Shown: positions 25,601-33,282, counted from the first letter of the stretch. The stretch: DNA of 33,282 bases from an uncultured Gammaproteobacteria bacterium (GCA_964464785.1 CAYXLS010000001.1:49698-82979), one strand, 5' to 3'. The notes: generated by a model not told the origin, from the letters alone. Translations and numbers: made by a program.

Positions 25601-27567
25601 TTAAAACGATCGTCGTGTGCCCTTAGGGCATTTAGTACTGACCAGACCACTTTATAGCGATCATTATTATCTAGTGCTTTATCAGCTTCAACATCAGAAG
25701 GTATAACAATAGGAATAATAATATATCCATATTTTTTGCCAGGTGACTTTCGCATTACCCTACCAACTGATTGAACTACATCAACTTGTGAATTACGAGG
25801 AGACAGAAAAACAACTGCGTCTAAAGAAGGGACGTCTACACCTTCACTAAGACAACGAACATTTGTTAGAACACGGCATTCATTATTATCTATATCAGGA
25901 GCCTTCAACCATGACATTAATTCGTTTCGCTCTGGAGCTGACATTGTTCCATCAATGTGTTTGGATTCAATTGAAACCATACGCTCTCTTTCACTATTAG
26001 GTAGCGATTTAACATAAGCGTTGGCAGTTGAATCAAAAATCTCAGTAATTTTTTTAGAATCGGCAATTGTTTGACAAAAAGCAACCGCTCTTTTCATTGG
26101 TTCTGGGTCGCTTTCCTTAACTAATCCCTCATCGCCCAATATTTGCTTTGAAAGGGCATTAATACATCCTATTAATTTCGGTACATCGTCAGTATTAATT
26201 TCTCCTTCGGTTCCCGTGCTAGCTTTTTGAATATTAGGAGGAACATCTTTATCACTAACAGTAAGAACTAAAACCTTATAATCAGTTAAAAGGTCTTTTT
26301 CAACGGCTTCACCAAAGCCAATACGGTAGATTTCTTCACCATAAATTTTTGGATCATCCATAGAACACAAAACAGCGTCTGCTTGTTCTGCTCTAGTCTT
26401 AACATCTTCATTATATAGTCTAGGAGTCGCTGTCATGTACAATCTTTTTTTTGCACGAATAAAATTATTATCATGCACCTTAACAAAAGATGATGAATCT
26501 TCTTCAGAAAGAGTTACGCCAGTAGTTCTGTGTGCCTCGTCACAAATTATCAAATCAAATTCTCCAAATTTATCATTCTGATCAATTAATTTTTTTTGAA
26601 CTTGTGAGATTACTTCAATTGATTGATATGTTGAAAAAACTACCGTCATCCCTTTATATTCAACTAAAGGTATGTAATGCAATTGATGAATAATATTATT
26701 TACGTCGGTTGACGCCGGTAATGCTAGATCAATGGTGCTGAAACTACCACTATCAAATTTTTTGATCTTATCACTAGAAACCTTTTCATCTGAACATATA
26801 CAAATTGCTTTTATTGGATCTTTTGCTTCACTAAACCACTCCTTGAGGGCTTGACCCAATAAAGCGATTGAAGGTACTAAAAATAAAATAAAACCAGTTC
26901 CGTTTGTTTCGTTTTCTGCAATTCGTAATGAATTGAAAGTCTTTCCAGTACCACATGCCATGATAAGTTTTCCACGATCTTCATTTTTAAAATATTCATG
27001 TGTTTTATCTAATGCTTCTTGCTGGTGAGGTCTTATTGATTTTTGGGGGTTTCTTGATGCATCACCGTAAATACCATCTTCTAGTTTTTGCCAATCAACT
27101 ACTGCCTCTTGTAAATCGTAAAGATTAATTCTCGTTACTGGTGGATCCTGGTTTTTAATCGCTTGTGTAGCGTTGGAACCCCACTTGTTAGTTGTTGAAA
27201 TCCATAGACGGTGAGAAAACCCCGTTGTTCTAAGGTTTTTATCTCTAAATTTACGACCTGAAGTAGATAAAAAACTATCAACTGCAGGTTTATCAATGAC
27301 AGCATTTTCGGAATAACATTTACATTGAATAGCCCAATAATCACCATCTACAGTAAACCCAATTAAATCAATTCCCGTATCAATACCACCTAAATCATCT
27401 TTACCGAAAAATTCGTCCCACATCCACACATCTTTAAAAATACTTGAATAAACCGGATCAGTAAGCAAATAACCTTTCATTAATTTCTCAAAACGATTCC
27501 CTTTATCGTGCTCGGAAAATGATATTTCTCTGTATTTATTTAGTATGTCTTGAAAAGATAAACTCAT
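22687..27567 (-). CDS. Type ISP restriction-modification enzyme (Mrr-like nuclease, SF2 translocase, N6-adenine methyltransferase, TRD)
   Basis: Nuclease: GIDLIGFTVDGDYWAIQCKCY. Helicase: MACGTGKTF, ICDEAHRTTG, QSVGRVMR. Methyltransferase: ILDPFTGTGTFI and ISNPPYS. C-terminal YQVTTNKDSGIKNDPNDW is a Type ISP tail. The size, 1626 aa, fits this class. Confidence 0.9.
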   Translation of the reverse strand: MSLSFQDILNKYREISFSEHDKGNRFEKLMKGYLLTDPVYSSIFKDVWMWDEFFGKDDLGGIDTGIDLIGFTVDGDYWAIQCKCYSENAVIDKPAVDSFLSTSGRKFRDKNLRTTGFSHRLWISTTNKWGSNATQAIKNQDPPVTRINLYDLQEAVVDWQKLEDGIYGDASRNPQKSIRPHQQEALDKTHEYFKNEDRGKLIMACGTGKTFNSLRIAENETNGTGFILFLVPSIALLGQALKEWFSEAKDPIKAICICSDEKVSSDKIKKFDSGSFSTIDLALPASTDVNNIIHQLHYIPLVEYKGMTVVFSTYQSIEVISQVQKKLIDQNDKFGEFDLIICDEAHRTTGVTLSEEDSSSFVKVHDNNFIRAKKRLYMTATPRLYNEDVKTRAEQADAVLCSMDDPKIYGEEIYRIGFGEAVEKDLLTDYKVLVLTVSDKDVPPNIQKASTGTEGEINTDDVPKLIGCINALSKQILGDEGLVKESDPEPMKRAVAFCQTIADSKKITEIFDSTANAYVKSLPNSERERMVSIESKHIDGTMSAPERNELMSWLKAPDIDNNECRVLTNVRCLSEGVDVPSLDAVVFLSPRNSQVDVVQSVGRVMRKSPGKKYGYIIIPIVIPSDVEADKALDNNDRYKVVWSVLNALRAHDDRFNATVNKIELNKNRPAQISVGRGVFSFDDDGKPVLVTDDGSSQETAKNLSSQLSLQFNQLQNVVFAKMVKKVGDRTYWEQWAKNIAEIAERQAKRISQLVKEDASDHQAFNDFVNGLRKNINPSITEQDAIEMLSQHIITKPVFEALFEKYSFVKNNSISISMQKMLDLLEGETSNKDLEVLQKFYESVKKRTEGINNAEGKQRIIIELYDKFFKTAFPKTVERLGIVYTPVEIVDFIIHSVNEVLQKEFNCTFTDDNVHILDPFTGTGTFITRLLQSGLIESKDLKRKYESEIHANEIVLLAYYIAAVNIENVYHDLTKANEYKAFNGICLTDTFQLGETDSSERLFSKMFPQNSEQVQKQKKSPIRVIISNPPYSAGQKAANDNAQNQKYDKLDSRIAKTYAFESNAILKNSLYDSYIKAFRWSTDRLDPQNGGIIAFVSNGSWLDSNSTDGFRKCLEKEFSTIYIFNTRGNARTQGELRRKEAGNVFGGGSRTPISITLLVKNPKKTNEKAQIYYHEIEDYKNREEKINIIKNFSSISNSAIKWDSIYPNKHGDWISQRNDLFSEFIELGKNKNQLATSFFTFYSNGLKTNRDAWSYNSSTNELSNNINKTINFFNKQVDSFIIEKKNNPDLKLDNFIDTDSKNITWDYAQKVDLAKYKKYQFQNESITNSIYRPFFNQKVYFNRSLINRVYQLPKLFPQKNITNKLICVPGNGSTKDFSVLMVDKIPDLGINAASQCFPLNYYEEREKQNIGLFEEPGKSEYICKDGVSDFILNRAKKMYGKNINKEDIFYYVYGFLHSPEYKTMFSSDLKKMLPRIPLVEDLNDFWKFSKAGRKLGDLHINYEKVPAYNDVEVTGEESNDFRVDKMRFPKKNQKDTIIYNNKIIISKIPVKAYEYIVNGKSAIEWIMERYQVTTNKDSGIKNDPNDWAEEVGNPKYILDLLLSIINVSVQTVDIVNSLPKLDFKNQN

Positions 27568-27653
27568 TTTTTTAGTTTAGCATTATTTATAATGATGTTT
27601 ATATTTTAGAAAATTAAAAAAAAATTACTATTAACAATATGGGATAATAATAT

Positions 27654-28151
27654 ATGTCAACTATACGCCAAATGATTGTGGTTAAAAAATTATCTGAAAT
27701 TATCAGAAATCCAAAGATAAAAAAAAGGTTTTCTATGGGTAAAATTCTCAGAGAAGCCGGGTATTCAAAGCTAACCTCGATGAGACCCCGACTCGTGACA
27801 AAAAGTCAGGGGTATCAAGAAGAACTTATGAAATTAATTCCAGAAAATTTATTGGCGGAAAAACACAATGAATTATTGAATTCTTACAAAATAAACCGAA
27901 TAATATTTGAACTTGGTGTCTCTGATCAGGAAATTAATGAATTTTTTAAAAAATATTATAATTATAAGATAAAAAAAATTATTCGAAGTAAAAGCAAGAA
28001 AAAAACAATTTGTTACTACTGGACACCAGATAGTTCTATCAGGTTGAATGCTATAGATATGGCATATAAACTTTGGGGTAAATATCCGATAAAAAATAAG
28101 AATTTAGAAAAGACTCCTAGTGTAATCAAAATTGTAAATTATAAAGATTGA
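27654..28151 (+). CDS. Basic hypothetical protein, possible HTH protein (faint resemblance to a terminase small-subunit N-terminus)
   Basis: ATG start, and it diverges from the RM gene. ILREAGYSKLTS resembles the HTH of phage small-terminase-like proteins. The functional call is weak. Confidence 0.45.
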   Translation: MSTIRQMIVVKKLSEIIRNPKIKKRFSMGKILREAGYSKLTSMRPRLVTKSQGYQEELMKLIPENLLAEKHNELLNSYKINRIIFELGVSDQEINEFFKKYYNYKIKKIIRSKSKKKTICYYWTPDSSIRLNAIDMAYKLWGKYPIKNKNLEKTPSVIKIVNYKD

Positions 28152-28246
28152 TTTTATTAATAATTTTTTATTACATCTTTAATTTAATCCTCTTCAGTAA
28201 ATGATTTCCAGGCATTCATTAAATCTTTTTTCTGATTAAATACATA

Positions 28247-28441
28247 TTAACCATCATTATAAATTCCTCGTTTATAAGTAACCCTTATATATATGCTCTT
28301 AAATCTTGCTGAGTTAGCTTGCGGAAAATTATAAATCTTTATTTTTTTTGACGACCGCCTACTTATTACCTTCCAATCGTTTTTTTTATAATTTTTATAA
28401 TAAAAAACAAGACCATTCTTTTCTATGTATCTTTTTGACAT
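28247..28441 (-). CDS. Small basic hypothetical protein
   Basis: 64 codons, with an ATG 11 nt after the ATPase stop, on the same strand as the operon. Confidence 0.35.
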   Translation of the reverse strand: MSKRYIEKNGLVFYYKNYKKNDWKVISRRSSKKIKIYNFPQANSARFKSIYIRVTYKRGIYNDG

Positions 28442-28452
28442 TTTGTTTTTAA

Positions 28453-29448
28453 TTAATCAAAATAATTTTCATTTGCTTGTCCATCTTTTCTAACCTTTTC
28501 AAGTTTTTGATCAAAACTAATTTGTTCAATTGTTGTTTCAGTAAAACAAACCTTTTCTTCTTCAAAATACATTAATACGTCTTTTTTTCCTCCATCTCTG
28601 AATCCAGTAACAACAATTAAAGTTAATTTTTTGATATTTGTTGATTCCCGATATTCTTGAAATGGTCGCCAAACGATTAGTGTACCTGAAAATTGACTTT
28701 TCGCTTGAGCACCACCAAAAATATCTGCCGTTGTTGGTTTTCTTATTAATGCTATTGAATTAGTAAATATTTTTTGTGGTTCATTTTTTTCAATATATTC
28801 TTTTACAGCTTTAGGAATTTCAGATACTTTTAACACATCTTTTGCGTGTGTTACTACGAAAGTCCATACTTTAAGCTGTTTGGTTAGAGTAATAATATTA
28901 GTCATAGCTGCTGGTAACTCAGTATAAGTAGTTGACGAATTTTGAGACTGATATGTAGTTAAATTATCAAATATTATTATCTCAGCGCCTAGTTGTTCTA
29001 CAACATTTTTTACTAAAGCCAGAGACAACTTTATATCGAATTTTCCGTCTATACTTAGAGTCGTTGAATCAAATCGAAATAATTTGTTGTCATACTTTTT
29101 TCTAATTGCTTGAAGTAATTCTTTATTGTCCTCAACAATACATACTTCCTGATTCGTTTCGATAGCCGCTAATCTCGAATAAAATTGTAATCCGGTTAAT
29201 TCAGTATCAAATACCGCGATTTTTTTCTCTAAAGATAAGAAATGCAACATCAAAGACATTAGAAAGGAAGATTTTCCTGATTTTTCAGCACCAGATACGA
29301 GATATGTTCCTGATCGACGAAAACCTTTTATAGAGTCATCTAATGCTTGAATGCCTGACATTATTCGTTCTGAGTCTGAATAATTTATTTCATTAGTGAG
29401 GTAATCTGTAGCTCTAATTGTTTTTATGTTTGAATTTATTTCTGACAT
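28453..29448 (-). CDS. RecA-superfamily ATPase, DnaB C-terminal/RepA-like (replicative helicase candidate)
   Basis: IQALDDSIKGF...LVSGAEKSGKSSFLMSL (Walker A) and EIIIFDNL (Walker B). The start overlaps the upstream gene by 13 nt. Confidence 0.7.
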   Translation of the reverse strand: MSEINSNIKTIRATDYLTNEINYSDSERIMSGIQALDDSIKGFRRSGTYLVSGAEKSGKSSFLMSLMLHFLSLEKKIAVFDTELTGLQFYSRLAAIETNQEVCIVEDNKELLQAIRKKYDNKLFRFDSTTLSIDGKFDIKLSLALVKNVVEQLGAEIIIFDNLTTYQSQNSSTTYTELPAAMTNIITLTKQLKVWTFVVTHAKDVLKVSEIPKAVKEYIEKNEPQKIFTNSIALIRKPTTADIFGGAQAKSQFSGTLIVWRPFQEYRESTNIKKLTLIVVTGFRDGGKKDVLMYFEEEKVCFTETTIEQISFDQKLEKVRKDGQANENYFD

Positions 29449-30278
29449 AATAGTTTAACTGAATTTATAAATGATTTACCCTGTGTTTCCATAATGTAAC
29501 CAATAGAATCAACGTGTTTTCCGCAACCATAACAATGAATATAATTTGAATAGACTCTACACGATGGTGTTTTTTCAGAATGAAAAGGACAATGAATAAA
29601 ATGTTTTTTAGGTGATTCAGACAATAAATTGGTAATCGGATAATACCTAGCAATTTCTATATCTTTATCGGTTATATCTTTTGTATTTATAGTTTCTTTT
29701 TTGAAAAAGGATAACATTAGCCGATATGTCTTGACCTTTCCCTCCAAGCCTTTAATAGCTGCACCCAAAGTGGCATCTAGATTTGCTTCTTCCATCAGCC
29801 GAGTGTTTAAATCTTGAGAAAACAACTCTTCAGTAAGCTTAAAATCTTTTTTAAGTTTTTCCAGTAAATCTAACCTTTCAAGATATAAATTTAATATTTG
29901 TTCTTCAGCCTCTGGAAATGTCTCTACCCAATCCTTATCGGTATATGTTTGCCACCCCCTAGGTAGATTTTTTTTTATTTTTTGAATAAGAGGTTCGGCA
30001 TAATCTGGTAGAAGTTTAGCCCAATCTTCTAAGTTATATGTACCGAAACGTTTTAAAATTTCTTCTTTTAATTCTGGAATTTTTTTAGCTAATTCTTCTG
30101 GTGAAAAGACACCGTAATTTCCAGATGCTTTCCATTTATATTCTAGATCTCTATAATATTCCCATTCTAAATCTTCCGGGGTTGCTGTATCGATTGCTCC
30201 TCCGTCATCTATCTGTTCAACTAAAAAATCTGTAAAAGCATCTATATCTTCGACTGGAGGAGAAACAGGGTACTTCAT
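29436..30278 (-). CDS. Protein with a C-terminal CHC2 (DnaG-type) zinc finger; no catalytic primase domain is recognisable
   Basis: HCPFHSEKTPSCRVYSNYIHCYGCGKHVDSIGYIM is a zf-CHC2 signature. The N-terminal 210 aa are acidic and helical with no TOPRIM or AEP motif that I can see. Confidence 0.65.
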   Translation of the reverse strand: MKYPVSPPVEDIDAFTDFLVEQIDDGGAIDTATPEDLEWEYYRDLEYKWKASGNYGVFSPEELAKKIPELKEEILKRFGTYNLEDWAKLLPDYAEPLIQKIKKNLPRGWQTYTDKDWVETFPEAEEQILNLYLERLDLLEKLKKDFKLTEELFSQDLNTRLMEEANLDATLGAAIKGLEGKVKTYRLMLSFFKKETINTKDITDKDIEIARYYPITNLLSESPKKHFIHCPFHSEKTPSCRVYSNYIHCYGCGKHVDSIGYIMETQGKSFINSVKLLCQK

Positions 30279-30751
30279 ATATTAATTCCTCCTAATTCTT
30301 CTAAAACATTGATTATTCCAGACGATGAATTTATTTTTGTTGATAAATTATTTATATTCTTATCATTCTTGTTAGTGGTCTTTGATTGGTCTTTGTTTGG
30401 TCTTTGATTGGCTGTTTGTTTGGTCATATCAACCCAATCATCATATTTTATAACGGTAATAATGGAACAATTTTTACTTTTACGTTTGGTTATTAGTTTG
30501 TATTTATTTTCTAGTTTTTTTAAAATATTGCGTATTCTTGATGTTTCATTACTTTTTAAACCAAAGCATTTAGCCATTTCGTTACGTCCAACGACACACT
30601 GTCCCCGAGTGAGATCAATAGATGAATTCCCTACATATACAGTCTGACTTTGATTTGCACATCTTATAAGTAATAATTGAAATACCGTAGAGGCAAACTT
30701 ATTACCGTCAAGTTGAGGAATTTTCACCGGGATTGGCTGTCTCCAGATCAT
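30275..30751 (-). CDS. Winged-helix DNA-binding protein (replication initiator/organiser-like)
   Basis: DLTRGQCVVGRNEMAKCFGLKSNETSRIRNILKKLENKYKLI looks like a wHTH. The ORF-track start at 30775 is TTG. The ATG at 30751 is preceded by a perfect AAGGAGG with a 5-nt spacer. Confidence 0.5.
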   Translation of the reverse strand: MIWRQPIPVKIPQLDGNKFASTVFQLLLIRCANQSQTVYVGNSSIDLTRGQCVVGRNEMAKCFGLKSNETSRIRNILKKLENKYKLITKRKSKNCSIITVIKYDDWVDMTKQTANQRPNKDQSKTTNKNDKNINNLSTKINSSSGIINVLEELGGINI

Positions 30752-30914
30752 TTTTACCTCCTTCGTAGTCGTCAATAATTTTCCCAGTTATATTGTCAAT
30801 TATTATTACTCCCCTACCTTTACACGTAACACAAAGATGTTTGCCATAACCAAACGTTCCATACCCGTTACAATTTGGACATTTATTAATTGAAAACTGT
30901 TCGTCTTTCGTCAT
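30708..30914 (-). CDS. Small DnaJ-type CxxCxGxG zinc-finger protein
   Basis: Contains CPNCNGYG and CVTCKGRG repeats. ATG start. Confidence 0.5.
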   Translation of the reverse strand: MTKDEQFSINKCPNCNGYGTFGYGKHLCVTCKGRGVIIIDNITGKIIDDYEGGKNDLETANPGENSST

Positions 30915-30925
30915 AGTCTAAATTC

Positions 30926-31075
30926 CTAATTGTTAAAAAATTCTGAATTTATATTTTGAGACTTAGACAAAGAAATTTGTTCCAGTTGATTCCTTAAATG
31001 AACCAAAGCAGTACCAATGGCATTTTTAAGAATATCTGGTTTAGGTTTGTGTACAACTTTAACTTTAAGTTTCAT
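30926..31075 (-). CDS. Small hypothetical protein next to the recombinase (candidate regulator/RDF; very uncertain)
   Basis: The ORF-track start at 31114 is TTG. The ATG at 31075 gives MKLKVKVVHKPKPDILKNAIG... It diverges from the recombinase gene. Confidence 0.3.
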   Translation of the reverse strand: MKLKVKVVHKPKPDILKNAIGTALVHLRNQLEQISLSKSQNINSEFFNN

Positions 31076-31283
31076 AAAGACAATAAAATTGACAGAAATT
31101 AGACCTTGGATCAACCTGTTTTTTTATTGTCTTTTTAGCTTTTACAAATGATGTTTTTGCTTTTTAGATCTTTTTGGGTACGTTGATGATTATAATATAT
31201 TACTTTTTATTTCTTTGTCAATCACCTAGACTTTATAATTTTAATTCTTGTCGGTACCACACTGATGGTGTATTATTCAGTTA

Positions 31284-32864
31284 ATGGAATTAGTTACAAA
31301 CAGTATTAGAGCAGTTATTTATACTCGGGTGTCCACCCAAGAACAAGCTAAAGAAGATAAAACATCATTAGATAATCAATTAAAGGAATGTAAAAAAGTT
31401 TGTTTAGAAAAAGGGTGGAAAATTGTTGATGAATATGTAGACGCTGGAATTTCTGGACACTTATTGGAAGAAAGATTAGGTTTACAAAAAATGTTACTTG
31501 ATGCTAAATCAGGAAAGTTTGATTTAGTAATAGTGAAAGATTTTGATAGATTAGCACGATCAAAAACAAAGGCTTCACAAATTAGAGATGCTTTAAAGAA
31601 ACAATTTGTACAAACATATTCTTTATCAACACCAGTAGAACCAAGAAACCCAAAAGATTATGATCCAATGGATGATGATTTAGGACTTGTCGTAGAAGGC
31701 GTTAGTGATTTTATGAGTGAAATTGAAAGAAATAAAATTAGAAGAAGAATGATGTTAGCTAAAAATTCAATTGCTATGAGTGGAAAACTACCTAATCAAG
31801 TTCCGTTTGGGTATAAAGTAAATAGGACTTTAGATTCTCATGGAAAAATCAATAGAGATATAGGGGTTAGTGAAAAAGAAGCTCAAATTGTTAAAAGAAT
31901 TTTTCAAATGACTGAAGCTGGTTCTGGAAAAAGAACCATCGCTTTAAAATTTAACGAAGAAGGTGTTGCTTCACCCAAACAAGGATCATGGAATTCACAG
32001 AGTATTTCTTATATTCTGCGAAACAAAACCTATGCTGGTTATGTTAGATGGGGATGGAGGAATTCTGATTATTCTATTTCCAAACAAAAACGAAGTCGAT
32101 GTCATGAAGGTATTGAAGTTAAAGGACATCACTTAGCAATCATTGATGAGAGTCTTTTTAACCGCGTCCAGGATGTTCTTAATAAAAGAGGTAAATCATA
32201 TAATGGAAGAGCTCAATTGTCGAAGGGTTTATTAACTGGTATAGCAAAATGTATTCGTTGCGGTCATGGAGTTACTTACTGCACACGTAGAATAAAAAAT
32301 TCTCAACGTAATTCAAATTGGAAGGATATCGTCTCTTCTGAATATCGTTGTGGAGGAACTATGTATGGAATCGTTAAGTGTAGTCAACGTGTTATGAGTG
32401 CTCCAAAACTTGAAGATGCTGTACTATCTCAATTAAGAAATTATTTAAAAAGCCCGGCAATTAAAAGGCAAATTATGGATGAGACAAAAAAACCTTTAAA
32501 TATTAAAACTAAAAAATCAGAATTAGTTAAAATAAACGAAGAATTATCAAAAATTCTTATTAAAAGACAAAGACAAGAGGAAGCCTACGAAAAAGGTTAT
32601 TTAACAATTGAAAATTATGGTCTTATTATGGGACGACTTAATGAGTCTGAAAAAAAATTGCTTGCGGACAGGGTAAAGTATTGTGAAAACCAAGATAATA
32701 ATAAAAGTTCTAAAATATCCAATCAAAATATTTGGAAAGCTGTAAATGACTTTGATGGATTATGGAATAGTTTAGACTTCCTTGGTAAAAAACAATTTTT
32801 AAGATCTGTTATTGAAAAAATTTATGCCGGTAACAATAAAATTGATGTCTATTTTTCCATTTAA
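31284..32864 (+). CDS. Large serine recombinase (phage/ICE-type integrase)
   Basis: N-terminal resolvase domain AVIYTRVSTQEQ with the catalytic Ser, and VKDFDRLAR. There is a recombinase domain, a Cys-rich zinc-ribbon region (CIRCGH...YRCGG...VKC) and a C-terminal coiled coil. Length is 526 aa. Confidence 0.92.
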   Translation: MELVTNSIRAVIYTRVSTQEQAKEDKTSLDNQLKECKKVCLEKGWKIVDEYVDAGISGHLLEERLGLQKMLLDAKSGKFDLVIVKDFDRLARSKTKASQIRDALKKQFVQTYSLSTPVEPRNPKDYDPMDDDLGLVVEGVSDFMSEIERNKIRRRMMLAKNSIAMSGKLPNQVPFGYKVNRTLDSHGKINRDIGVSEKEAQIVKRIFQMTEAGSGKRTIALKFNEEGVASPKQGSWNSQSISYILRNKTYAGYVRWGWRNSDYSISKQKRSRCHEGIEVKGHHLAIIDESLFNRVQDVLNKRGKSYNGRAQLSKGLLTGIAKCIRCGHGVTYCTRRIKNSQRNSNWKDIVSSEYRCGGTMYGIVKCSQRVMSAPKLEDAVLSQLRNYLKSPAIKRQIMDETKKPLNIKTKKSELVKINEELSKILIKRQRQEEAYEKGYLTIENYGLIMGRLNESEKKLLADRVKYCENQDNNKSSKISNQNIWKAVNDFDGLWNSLDFLGKKQFLRSVIEKIYAGNNKIDVYFSI

Positions 32865-32878
32865 TTTGAAATTGGCAC

Positions 32879-33282
32879 TTATTTTTTATTGACTTCTTTT
32901 CCCCATGCATCACGATCATTTTTATAAAGGTCGAAAAGCCTTTGTTCATTACTATTTTGTGGACTAGTATTTAAGTGACACTTTTTGTATTTTTTTCCAG
33001 AGCCACAAGGACAAGGATCGTTGCGACCTACAATAGTATCTTTTTTGATGGTTCCTTCGACTGACTCAAGATTTTTATTTTCAAATGAATTAGATTTATT
33101 ATTTTCAGTGGGAGGATTATTGGTCAAAGAATCTCCCCTACCTTCAATTACGTTTTGAGGAGTAATAGTCTGAGGTGAGACAGGTTCAAGTCTAAATATT
33201 TTTCGGGAGATGTTGTATTCAAATTGAGCCATTAACTTTTGGAACATCTCATAACCTTCTTTTCGATATTCGACCAAAGGAT
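32879..33282 (-). CDS. secA: Preprotein translocase SecA, 3'-terminal part; the gene enters from the right edge
   Basis: [27 protein letters not shown] matches the SecA C-terminal region. [18 protein letters not shown] is the SecA zinc-binding motif. The frame is open to the window end. An unusual 31 aa follow the motif. Confidence 0.88.
   Translation of the reverse strand, partial: PLVEYRKEGYEMFQKLMAQFEYNISRKIFRLEPVSPQTITPQNVIEGRGDSLTNNPPTENNKSNSFENKNLESVEGTIKKDTIVGRNDPCPCGSGKKYKKCHLNTSPQNSNEQRLFDLYKNDRDAWGKEVNKK

Larger units (their letters stand above)
13491..32974. mobile_element. Composite accessory island or integrative element between fba and the secA 3' end; the boundaries are approximate
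   Basis: A large serine recombinase sits at the right edge, and a replication module and defence genes lie inside. Intergenic spacers here are unusually long and contain repeated relics. By eye, composition is heterogeneous, with 13.7-16.0 kb richer in G+C. All flanking genes are housekeeping. Confidence 0.45.

Noticed and set aside
4001-30647. Short ORFs in the supplied track that lie inside, or antisense to, long well-supported genes: 4001-4189, 6192-6386, 9635-9820, 9886-10119, 13899-14108, 17896-18093, 18166-18468, 27135-27347, 29465-29653 and 30408-30647.
   Set aside because: Each is fully nested in a gene with clear family motifs (ftsE, prfB, typA, the HD protein, operon gene 4, the Type ISP enzyme, the zinc-finger protein, the wHTH protein). 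Their translations are low-complexity and hydrophobic, as expected from AT-rich antisense frames. None has a start context or conservation signal.
1103-31114. N-terminal extensions in the ORF track that begin at TTG: 1120, 3088, 7269, 19696, 30775 and 31114.
   Set aside because: In most cases an in-frame ATG a few codons downstream removes an overlap with the upstream gene, or is preceded by a Shine-Dalgarno sequence (30751). I used the shorter coordinates where this was clear. I flagged 19696 and 20470 as uncertain.
31115-31283. Promoter or operator elements in the divergent region between the small ORF and the recombinase: a TTGTCA...TATAAT pair, CTTTTTAG direct repeats and a TACCACAC/GGTGTA partial palindrome.
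   Set aside because: The -35/-10 spacing is only 13 nt, and the repeats are short and AT-biased. In DNA this AT-rich, such matches are expected by chance.

Overview
This is an AT-rich, gene-dense bacterial window. The style suggests a small-genome, Patescibacteria/CPR-like organism, but that is inference only. UGA is used as a stop codon and an RF2 gene is present, so the standard code applies.

The window splits into two parts. Positions 1-13490 are ordinary housekeeping genes:
- a GT-C/GT2 glycosyltransferase pair and an LPXTG-type surface protein
- ftsE-ftsX followed by an EnvC-like M23 peptidase
- an LCP protein, prfB, a cyclophilin lipoprotein and a YvpB-like peptidase
- typA, a HIT protein, a DHH/NrnA-like phosphoesterase and class II fba

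Positions ~13491-32974 are a ~19.5 kb accessory island wedged between fba and the 3' end of secA.

Reading the island from right to left:
- a large serine recombinase sits 14 nt from a secA gene that carries an abnormal 31-aa tail
- next is a small plasmid/phage-like replication module with no virion genes
- next is a 1626-aa Type ISP restriction-modification enzyme
- next is a GmrSD-like (DUF262/DUF1524) nuclease fused to a Schlafen/AlbA_2 domain
- next is a tight five-gene operon with no domain I can recognise by eye
- last is a run of single-gene modules: an HNH nuclease, a 61-aa membrane peptide, a secreted Ig-like protein and a SpoT-type HD hydrolase

Each single-gene module is separated from the next by a diverged copy of the same plus-strand ORF tail (...LPxLDSIRTA...stop).

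The strongest candidates for something new:
- the ORF-tail-delimited cassette array (14651-17323)
- the five-gene operon co-directional with the two restriction genes (17333-20470)
- the GmrSD-AlbA_2 fusion
- in the core region, an apparently circularly permuted M23 domain in the FtsEX partner

I found no rRNA, tRNA or CRISPR array.
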